Shown piece after piece: positions 53,035 through 64,000 of a DNA stretch of 64,000 bases. The translations under genes were made by a program, and so were the position numbers. The notes under the pieces were generated by a model. It was not told the origin of the DNA, searched no databases, and saw only the letters and a program-made list of their open reading frames with translations. The DNA is from Octopus vulgaris (taxonomy: Eukaryota). Each line of letters begins with the position of its first letter. Position 1 is the stretch's first letter. The stretch covers positions 67,890,001 to 67,954,000 of the forward strand of contig OX597825.1 in the NCBI GenBank assembly GCA_951406725.2, read 5' to 3'.

Positions 53035-54395
53035 TGGGCTTTATAAGCTATCCAAGGATTATGTGGGTTTCATACCCCCTCTGCAGGCACACTTTCTCTT
53101 TCACAGACAATGAGTCGCAGCGTACCTGAGCACTGTATACAATAAAGCTCATTATTATCTCTATATTATCATTAGGCAGGTATAAATCAGGTGAGAATGT
53201 TTATAATCAAGACAGATTGGAGACATCCATAAACAAACCTACACAACCCAGGACAGAGAAATAGGGGAAAAAAAATCAAAACAGTGAAACAATGTTGATG
53301 ATGATGATGTTGATGATGATGATAGGTGTTGATAATGATAATGATGATGATGGTGGTTTGTTATTGTTGTTGTTGTTGTTGCTGATTACTTCCAACCTGG
53401 CCTGATTGAGCAGGCGTATGATGAATAGGAATTCGAGCCATGAATATTTCAGTATCTTTGTAAAATCTCGGATTTTCATTGTTCAATGTAATCTTCCGTT
53501 TTTATTTTGTTGTTTTGTTCTATTTTTCTTGTTTTGTTTTGTTTCGTTTTTTTTTTGTTTTTGTTTGTTCGTTGTTGTTTGTTTTTTTTTGTTGTTGTTG
53601 TTGTTGTTTATTCCAAGATAACAAAGTGTGGTTTTGAAGTAATTAATTTCACTGTTATTTCTAGCAATCTTGTAATGTCTCCCATATCAAAGATGAACTT
53701 GATGTTAATTTGGAGAAGGTGGTGGTGATGGTGGTGTTGGTGGTGAGGCGGTGGTGCTGCAGTCTTTGCTGCTGCTGCTGCTGCTGCTGCTGAAGTGGTG
53801 ATAAAGATGGAAATGGTGATAAAGATGTAAACGGGATGGTAGTGATAGTAACAATACTGGTGCTGTTAGTTGTTATGATGGTGTTTCCAGTGATGATGAT
53901 GATGATGCAGATGATGACAATTATTATTATCATTATTATTATTATTATTATTAATATTCAAAATGCTTAGCGGCATTTCATCCATCTTTATGTTCTAAGT
54001 GGAAGTTCAAATTCCGCTGAGGTCGACTTTGCCTTTCATCCTTTCAGGGTTGATAAAATAAGTACCAGTGAAATACTGGGGTTGACGTAATCGACTATCC
54101 CTCTCCCCCAATCCTCCAAAACTTCAGGCTTTGTGCCTTTACTAGAAAGGATTAATATTATTATTATTATTGTTATTATTATTATTATTATTTTTTTTTT
54201 TTTTTTTTTTTTTCTTCTTTCAAATTTGCTTCCATTTCTTGCCGAGTGTCTTCCCGACTCCTAGGGCAAAGAAACTCATAGTATACATTGGTAGGCCATT
54301 AAACCAAACTCAGTAGTTCGTTAATTTTTTTTTTTTTTAAGTTAAATTAAAATACATGAGCAGCAACAGTTCTCACATCGACAATGCTCTTCTCA

Positions 54396-54442
<47 letters not shown>

Positions 54443-54537
54443 CATCATCATCATCATTATGTTACGTTTGGTTTTGCTTTGATTCATAAATGTTGCACCC
54501 AAGTCTCAACCAGAGATCTCAAGGGACAAGGTTATTA

Positions 54538-54633
<96 letters not shown>

Positions 54634-55596
54634 CAATGATGATGATGCTGATGATGATGATGATGACGATGACGACGATGACAATGACGATTATAAAAGG
54701 GGCAATAATAATTAAGATGCTGACAAACTATGATAATTATGACGATGAAAATCACAATGACAGAATTACAAAAATGATGAGTATGGCAAGAATAGCATAA
54801 TTGCATACTATATAAATTGCCCCCTATACTATATAAATTTTTTCTTACATTATATAAAATGCTCCTATATTCTATAAATTGCTCTTATATTATATAAATA
54901 GGCTTTATGCTATACCTGTGCATGTGTGTGTGTGTGTGTTCTTATGTTGTTCAGTTATTTTTGTAGAGAACAAATTAGTTAATTCTTAAAAAAGAATAAT
55001 ATTGACAGTAACTCCGAAGTTTTGACCAGCTAAGCTGTCATTGGACAATGGCTTAGCTGGCTGGAACTTCGAAATCACTGTCAACATTATTCTTGCTTAA
55101 GAATAATGTGTATGTATATATATATGTGTATGTATATACATGAAGGCGTGTGGCTTAGTGGTTAGGGGCATTCGGCTCATGATCGTAAGGTCATAAGTTC
55201 AATTCCCGGCGACATGTTGTGTCCTTCAGCAAGACACTTTATTTCATGTTGCTCCAGTACACTCAGCTGGCAAAAATGTACTCATTTTTCAAAGGGCCAG
55301 CTTGTCACAACCTGTGTCACGCTGAATCTCCCCGAGAACTACGTTAAGGATACACACATCTGTGGAGTGCTCAGCCACTTGCACGTTAATTTTACGAGCA
55401 AGCTGTTCCGTTGATTGTATCAGCTGGGACCCTCGTCGTCACAACCGACGGAGTTCTCCTATTATACACACACATACATACATAAATATTTTTTTTTCTT
55501 TTTAATCTTAAGCAGTTTCTATATGCTACCTTCTCAGCTTTTTCTCGTTTAGCCTCCGTTAATCAATTTTTTTTAGTTCGTTATGATATGAGGTTT

Positions 55597-55651
55597 GTAC
55601 CTGATGAATATGGTTGAGATATTTCTCAAGATATGAAATTATTTGTAGCAC
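55597..55651 (+). ncRNA. Hammerhead-like motif
   Basis: gtac CTGATGA atatgg-ttgaga-tatt-tctcaa-gatat GAAAT tattt GTA gcac; downstream GAGTACTTTTTT tail as at 16010 and 8735. Confidence 0.55.
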
Positions 55652-55746
55652 CTAAAGACATGTATTGTGTCCTTTAAATAAACAATACTTATCTCTTACT
55701 AGATGGAGTACTTTTTTTATTGATCTTTCAATCATGGAACAGTACA

Positions 55747-55780
<34 letters not shown>

Positions 55781-56286
55781 TGAAGGCAGTTTTTCGTGTA
55801 ACAAAAATCATGAGATGAGATTTTCATGTCCAAAAATCACCAGCAAGCCTACATGAGGTGTGGAGGTCTTGACCACCAGTGTCTCTCATTTTCATCTCTT
55901 CTCCATCACTTAGCACTTTCAAAGTGTGAGTCAGTCTGTGTGATCCAATCTCACTCTTTAGACTTGGAGGTCTGACCACAGCGGCTCAGTGTGCCAAGAC
56001 AGCTGTGATGATGAGCAAGCAGTAGGTTTTACATAGGAGCAGCCTTCTCCTATATGAACTCCCTTACAGAGCAGCTAAGTTTCAGGCTTCCACCTGCCCT
56101 AGAGTTGCCAGAAGTTTATCAAAGCCATTGCTGGACTACCCAAGAGACTCCCCTTCATCTATATAGCTTATAAATTTACCCTGTTATACAAATATCAGGA
56201 GAGAATAATACCACATAATAAATAATTGAAATATATATTTATGCCCAATAAAATAGGTTCTGTATTACATAAATTTGCCCTATTTC

Positions 56287-56324
<38 letters not shown>

Positions 56325-56942
56325 AATTTTTTTTATTTTTGAAACAGTGAAGCTTGAAACAGATGTAGAGAAATTTGAAAGATAGCTTTGGTTCAATGGT
56401 AAAACACCTGTCATGTTTACAGGAGATGTGAGTTCATGTCTCACAGGCAGCCTTCAACATTTTCTATTCAAGGGTTTTTTTTTTTTAGCCCGATATTTGC
56501 ACATTATCATTATAGCTTCATCTCTTTTGAGATTCACTGTTTCAAAAACGGAATAGTTTCACATTCTCTTGACAGTTTCTATATTCTTATGACATCAACA
56601 ATGTGTGTGTGTCTGTGTGTGTTTGCATTATACAATACAAATTTTCAGTATGCAGTGTAAATTTATTCAGTACTCCATTGTATAACATGCTGTATAATAC
56701 AGAAGTTATCTACATACCAGTTGTACTATATTGAATTTAGTATGTTTGTGTATACTTAAGGAAGGAATGGAATGACCAAATGTAACCTAATGTATGTTTA
56801 GTCAGTTTCTTATAAAGACATCCATAAGTATTGAGAAAATGTGAAGAATAACATAGAATGGGAAGTTACAAGAAAATATTTAAAAGACATCATTCTTACA
56901 TACACACACACACACACATATATATTATATATACATACACAC

Positions 56943-56985
<43 letters not shown>

Positions 56986-57663
56986 TATATATATTCATAT
57001 ATATATATGTGTGTGTGTACATATTGTACAATAGAGATACAATATAACAGAGATTACAGTGTAATAAAGATATATTATCATAGTATATTATATAATACCT
57101 ATATGATATGAGATATAATAGTTTGTAATGTAATAATAATAATGATAAAATATAATTGCCATATAATAAATACATTACATGTTATGTTATATATATGACT
57201 ATATATTGCAATAGCTATATAATATAATAGATATATAACATATAAATAGAGTTTGATAATAAAATAAATATGTTAGATTATATATAGCTATAGATAATGT
57301 AATAGATATATTACATGTTTATATAGCTATATAAAGTGGTATATAATATAATAGATATATAATTCAATACATTGGGTATTTGATTTGGCACAAGACCAAT
57401 TTTTGTTGGCAGGTATTGGTGTGATGGTAGTAGTGGTGGTGGTGGTGGTCGTCGTGGTGGAGGAGGATATTTTCAAGTGATTCAACCTCTAAATATTACT
57501 GGTACTTATTTTAATGTAAGACCTTCCCCCATACACAGAGAGGAAGGAATTTGATAATGTAGAAAAGACAAAACTGATTTCTATGATATATTCAGTTTAT
57601 CTCTCATTTCATTCAGCTCAGTCTTGGAGCATATACACACATGTATATATATATATACATATA

Positions 57664-57705
<42 letters not shown>

Positions 57706-57765
57706 ACATACATATACTTACATATATACATATATATATATATACACACACACATATATGTGTGT

Positions 57766-57842
<77 letters not shown>

Positions 57843-59081
57843 AAACAGAAATACATATCATCTCTTTTGGCATGGAGCAGTGGATAAAGTCATAAACCAA
57901 AAAATGCAATGTTTGTATGGATAAACTCTCGCTCACAGTATTGAAGAATATACCACACATACAACCTAACCATTTGAAGAGGCTTGAAAGACTTCATATC
58001 TAAATAAAGGTTTCTAAGTTGTCGAAGTGAAAATCTAACTGATTAAATAGAAGTATAAGAGTTATAATATCCTTATTAAGAATGTTTTAATCTCATAGTA
58101 CAGCCTTAAATATATCAGTCTTCTCATTAATTTCCATAGCCATTTTTCAGCTTTATAGCAATTTTTCGTGGTAATTTTCTTCGCCATGTGTAGCAGTTTC
58201 TCCATTTTATTCCAGTTAAAGGCAATTTCAGTCTTGTGTACTTACTGCATGCAATTCCTGTTTCATACAATGGATGTTGAGGAAATTTCTAATTTGTGTG
58301 CCAGACATAGGCAAAATCTGTCATCAAATTTCATTTAATATGTTTCGACAATTCTTTATTAAATGCCAGCTTGTAAGCAATTTCTGTCTTGTCAGTGTTG
58401 CATGCTATCATTTATAGGCATTATGTTCCAGTGTGGGTCATTAACCATTCCAAAATTTTAGAAGTGACCTACAGACAACTGTTATGTAGTTTTTTTTCTT
58501 ATAATTTTTGGTGAAGTTTTTGTTTCTTACTTCATACATTAGTTTATTTTTGATGGAAACTGAATGAAAATGCTTTAAAAAATGTTATATTCTCTTCAAT
58601 CTTTAACATTCAATCAATTTATATGTATTTTCATTGAGTTATTGAAATTATTTGAGTAGTTATGTTTGAACAGATGACTTTCGATTATAAAAATAAATGA
58701 ACACAAATCAGTTTTATTTTACTCTCTTCTCTTCAATGGTTGATTTTTCGGAATAAGATTTGAATGGAATTAATTCAGAAACCCCCAACTGAAAGGATTC
58801 CATTATGTTTTAGCAGCCTTTAATGATGTTTCCTCTTTATCATCATCATTGCATATTACAGAATTGTCCAAATTTGATTTCCTGTGCTGTCTTTTAGACT
58901 GACCCGGACTATGAGGCAGATCAATAAGCATAGTCGTGTCTCGATTGGTTTGTCCCGGGAGGTAGTCATAGACCTTGTATTTTGGCGCAAACTCTGTGTG
59001 GGGAAGTTCCGCTGCCTCTTGATAAGCACCCTTTTTGAGCTCTGGCTTCCTGTTAAAGAAAATAGAAATCAGTTTAGGGGA

Positions 59082-59164
<83 letters not shown>

Positions 59165-59168
59165 ACAG

Positions 59169-59202
59169 TCTTTAACGTTTGACCTACGCTTCAACAGAAA
59201 GA
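59169..59202 (-). ncRNA. Degenerate minimal hammerhead-like motif
   Basis: Minus strand: tcttt CTGTTGA agcgtaggtc AAAC GTT aaaga; 5-bp stem I but damaged core. Confidence 0.4.
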
Positions 59203-59439
59203 TACACAGAGAGAAAAACACAGAAAGAAGGAGAGAAAAATCTATATATATATATATATATATACATATATAAAATAATGAAGGCAGAATACGGAATATA
59301 AAACCAAAAGGGAACAATTAAGTTGTCACTAATTGTGAATAACAGTGCAGGGTAGCACCTATATTGCTAGAAATAAGAGTTAAAATCCCATAGAGATGCA
59401 AAAGGGGTTTTTAACACTTATTTCTAACAATATTGGTGA

Positions 59440-59791
59440 CCGTCTGAGCATGATCGTTACCAGAGCAGCCAACAGGCTTCCTTGCTAGTGGAACATAAAA
59501 GGACACCATTCAAGCGTGATCATTACCAACGTTGCCTTACTGGCACCTGTGCCGGCAGCATGTGTAAAAAGATTCGAGTGAGGTCATTGCCAGTCCCGCC
59601 TGACTGGCCCCCATGCCGGTAGCACATAAAAAGCACCCACTACACTCTCGGAGTGGTTGGCGTTAGGAAGGGCATCCAGCTGTAGAAACTCTGCCAGATC
59701 AAGATTGGAGCCTGGTGCAGCCATCTGGTTTGCCAGCCCTCAGTTAAAATCGTCCAACCCATGCTAGCATGGAAAGTAGACATTAAACGAT
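59440..59791 (+). mobile_element. SINE with RTE-type tail (pieces also at 45515-45660 and 49226-49340)
   Basis: GTGGTTGGCGTTAGGAAGGGCATCCAGCTGTAGAAAC...CCCATGCTAGCATGGAAAG. Confidence 0.75.
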
Positions 59792-59793
59792 AA

Positions 59794-59899
<106 letters not shown>

Positions 59900-60322
59900 G
59901 ATGGCTATCATCTGTCAGGATGAAGCAATCATCAAATATATATGTATGTGTATATAAATCTTTGGTTAAATACATTCAATGAGAATATTATATACTGAAT
60001 TTATATTGAGTGCTCTATCGTATCAAAGTATTAATACTATTAAAGTATTTATATATTTAATACGAGCGATTATATATATTCTGTGAAACGATCGTAAGAT
60101 GCTTTAAAAACTTAATTCAAAACTTTTAAACTGTCATATACATTATATATTTATACTTATACATATTTACACATATTTTTATATATATTTATATTTTTAA
60201 TACAACAATTATTTTACACACATATATATATCTTTCTGTAGAATTTTCTAATATTAATAATAAACCTCCGAACATGGTATAATATTGATTTCCTGATATT
60301 AATAATAATATTATAAAATATA

Positions 60323-60357
<35 letters not shown>

Positions 60358-61378
60358 TAGTAAAAAGTAAGGGTTTACCCCAAAATGATTACCGATACAA
60401 ATCCAATAAAGTTTTTATAAGATAAGAAATTAGATTAATATTCCGTTGGATAATTCTGAATTTATTTCCTTAACCATACAGTTTAAATATTGACAATATT
60501 ACAAATAAGAATGACCTGTAATTCTATAATTATATACTGCCTTTTGAAACATATGTTGGTCTTAAAAGGCCACATATAATTATAGAATTAAAGGCAATGT
60601 TATTGCTACTCCAGAGTAATCCTTACTTTTGATACTGTCAACACACACATATATATATATATATGTGTGTGTGTGTGTATATATACCAGTAACTAATATT
60701 ATGTCACAAATCAATATTATTTCAAAATACAACACCAAATAGAAATTATTATTATTATTATTATTATTATTATAAATGCCAGAAAATAATGAGTATTAAA
60801 AACAAAAGATTATATAATTTATTTTGCACTATTAGACTTCATAAGTTGAACTTTTATTATTTTTTTTTTATAACATCAAATATTCTTCATTCAACAATGA
60901 TGTTGTTTGTGGCTTCAGTAGTCTTATTAGTCACATACTCGTAGTTGCTGTGAAATCTATGGTTGGCGACAGTTGCCAGGCTATGTTGACTGTTCCTGAC
61001 TTACATCACTTGTACTATAACTGTTCAATAAATACATTTCCATATTAAGTAATTGAATATACTCATATTACTTTCACTTTCTCTTCCCTCTCTCTCTCCC
61101 TCTCCATATATATAAGTATATGTATATGTATATATATGTAAGCATATATGAATATATATGTTCTTATATTCTTTTATTTGTTTCAGTAATTTGACTGCAG
61201 CCATGCTGAAGCATTGCCTTTAGTCAAACAAATTGACCCCAGGTCTTATTCTTTGTAAGCCTAGTACTTATTCTGTAAGTTACTTATTCTATAGTACTTA
61301 TTCCATTAAGTTACGGGGGCGTAAACACACCAGCGTCGGTTGTCAAGTGATGTTGCCAGGGACAAACACAGACACACA

Positions 61379-61415
<37 letters not shown>

Positions 61416-61417
<2 letters not shown>

Positions 61418-61775
61418 ATAATAACAAAGGGTAAAATTAATTAACCAGTAATCATTAATTTCACCAAGTAGAATTCGGCATGAAAAAGGACCATTTCACG
61501 GTAAACTAAAGTAATACTTTATAATAGGGTTCAACAAAGATTTGCTTTACCACATACTGAAGTTTAGAAATAGCAGTCAAAGAACCTTAGCTATTTCTTC
61601 TGCTTTAAAAAGAAACTCCCAGAAAAAACAAATTACTCAAAAACATATGTTTTCGAGTAATTTGTTTTTTCTGGGAGTCTCTTTTTAAAGCAGAAGAAAT
61701 AGCTAAGGTTCTTTGACTGCTATTTCTAAACTTCGGTATGTGGTAAAGCAAATCTTTGCTGAACCCTATTATAAA

Positions 61776-61779
<4 letters not shown>
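61416..61779. mobile_element. 266-bp spacerless palindrome (61514-61779) plus tail, inserted in the (TA)n of a SINE
   Basis: Centre CAT|ATG at 61646/61647; SINE halves at 61165-61400 and 61780-61862. Confidence 0.85.
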
Positions 61780-61811
<32 letters not shown>

Positions 61812-61943
61812 GATGGGCTTCTTTCAATTTCCGTCTACCAAATCCACTCACAAGGCTTTGGTATAATCATTTTAATGATTACACCCTCAATTTATACATA
61901 TATATCGCGGCCTTCGGGCTAAAACATTTTTAAGGATTTAAGG

Positions 61944-61994
<51 letters not shown>

Positions 61995-62609
61995 CACATA
62001 GGTGCAGGAGTAGCTGTGTAATAAGTAGCTTGTGTACCAATCACATGGTTCTGGGCAAGTGTCTTCTATTATAGCCTTGTGCCAATCAGAACTTTGTTAG
62101 TAGATTTGGTAGACAGAAACTAAAAGAAGACTGTTATGTATACATCTATGTGTGTATGTCTTTGTGTTTGTGTTTGTCCCCACCATGACCTGACAACTGG
62201 TGTTGGTGTGTTTACGTCCCTATAGCTTAGCAGTTCAGCAAAAGTGACTGATAGAATAAGTACTAGGTTCAAAAAATAAGCCCTGTGGTCGAGTTGTTTG
62301 GCTAAAATCCTTCAAGGTAGTTCCCCAACATGGCTACAGTCAAACAGTAGAGATGGGATATTCAGACAGTACCTCAAGGTATGAGGTGAGTAAAGGATAG
62401 AGAAGCTAGTGATGACAATGATGATGATGATGATGATGATTCCGACAATGAGGGCTACTATAAGCAGACCGAATTTATGAGGAAAGAATAATATAAATGG
62501 AAGAGACATGAGGGAGACAAATAACATATCCAGAACAAAAATATAAAATAAACAATGAAGTGAAAAAAAAAGTCAGACTTGCTATCTTCAGTTTGGTTTT
62601 AGTGTCTGT

Positions 62610-63400
62610 CCTCGCCTATGGTCATAAATATAGGGTAATGGCCGAAAGAATATGATTGCAAATACAAGCGATCGAAATGGAATTCCTCTAATGGATCTCT
62701 GAAGGAATCTTATTTGACAGATTGCATAGCTCAGAGATCAGAGAGTCTCCACAGGTCAAGCTGCTACTGGTCTGCATTGATGGGTCATGGGTTTGTTGCT
62801 ACGGAAATGCCACAGGAAAACAGACGGTAAATGATGATGATGATGATGAGATGCAGGTGTGACTGTGTGGTAAGCAGCTTGCTTCCCAACCACATGGTTC
62901 CAGGTTCAGTCCTGCTGCATGGTACCTTGGGCAAGTATCTTCTATTATAGGTTTGGTTTTAAGTTTTTCCTTAAGGCGAACCCATGCTAGCATGGAAAAT
63001 GGACGTTGAACAACGACGACGGCGGCAGCGATGATGACGACGACGATGATGTGAATGCATTTATTTTGCTTTTTCTTGCCACTTCAACCCCTAATATGGC
63101 TTGTTCTATTACCATTTCAGTGTGTGATTGGTCTATTATAGTCAGGTTTGTTACTATAAACACGTCACAGGAAAAATTTGCAAGACAGATTCTTCAAGCC
63201 ACACCAACCAACAAGAGACTTAGCAGTAGACCAAGAATGAAATGGTTGGATAATATCAATCATTTCAGTTGGTCATGCTTGGGAAAACCGGCCAGAAAGT
63301 TTAATGATGGTTGCTTCTGAAGGAAGAGGTGACTCAAGACTCTACCCCAGAAACCCTCCCAGGAGAAGATGAATGGATTGATAAAATGAAAAACTGGAAA
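62610..63400 (+). mobile_element. RTE LINE C-terminal fragments interrupted by SINEs
   Basis: LAYGHK...IQAIEMEFL...SSEIRE and ARQILQATPTNKRLSSRPRMKWLDNI. Confidence 0.6.
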
Positions 63401-63669
63401 ACAAAAATGGTAGACAGGAAGAATATAAAACTGTTTTTGTTACCTCTGTAGGACCATTTTGCAACTTCTGTACCTGTTTCAGGAATGGTTGCTATAACAA
63501 TTGGAACAGCAGCATAAAGGTTGAAATCATCAAATGCTGTATCAATCTGAAACAGTAAGGAAATATTCCTCAAGGAATCTTTTGCAAGACAATTGGTTAT
63601 ATATTTATCAAAGAATCACTTAAAAGAAGACAGTTGGTTGAACTTTTTGATACTTTTGAGAGAAAAGTT

Positions 63670-63920
63670 AGGCATAAGAAGCATCAGGTGTGGTGTGTAA
63701 GAGAAATGACTGCACTGTTATGACCATGTAATATGTATGGACGAAAACAACTGTGTAAAGAAGTGCCAATCTCTAACTGTAGAGGGAACCTGTGGTAGAG
63801 GTAGACCCAGGAAGACATGGGACAAGGTGGTGAAGCATGAATCTTAGAACTTTGGGCCTCACAGAGGCAATGACTAGTGACCCAAACCTTTGGTGACATG
63901 CTGTGTTTGAGAAGACCCGT
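63670..63920 (+). mobile_element. RTE/BovB-like LINE 3' fragment
   Basis: CVKKCQSLTVEGTCGRGRPRKTWDKVVK. Confidence 0.7.
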
Positions 63921-64000
63921 CATCATCATCATCATCATCTGTTCTCCATGCTAGCATGGGTTGGACGGTTCGACCGGGTATCTGGGAAGCCAGAAGGCTG

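Noticed and set aside
59367-59386. GCTAGAAATAAGAGTTAAAA resembles the Cas9 sgRNA scaffold
   Set aside because: Short and imperfect, part of a dispersed host repeat motif; no CRISPR context in this animal sequence

Overview
AT-rich, microsatellite-dense animal genomic DNA. The SINE families and repeat landscape suggest a cephalopod (octopus); this is an inference. Nearly all ORFs in the track are translated microsatellites or SINE sequence. The only convincing host coding sequence is one minus-strand exon of a class A neuropeptide-type GPCR (TM1-TM3, 12055-12371), ending at a GT donor inside the E/DRY motif. The rest is transposon debris: tRNA-derived SINEs; CR1, RTE, Tx1/L1, Dong/R4-like and Penelope-like retroelement fragments; DD37D and mariner relics; hAT, pogo-like and piggyBac-like MITEs; and Helitron ends. 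The most striking signal is about 15 type I hammerhead-ribozyme-like motifs (CUGANGA...GAAAC..GUH) from several families. Many lie at the fold point of long inverted duplications inserted in (TA)n. One family (22.8k, 23.5k, 24.9k, 27.8k, 31.6k) carries a ~170-nt multi-hairpin RNA domain after the ribozyme whose stems covary between diverged copies, and it forms a ~350-bp tandem unit hit by a Tx1-like LINE. All alignments and folds were done by eye, and boundaries of degenerate elements are approximate.
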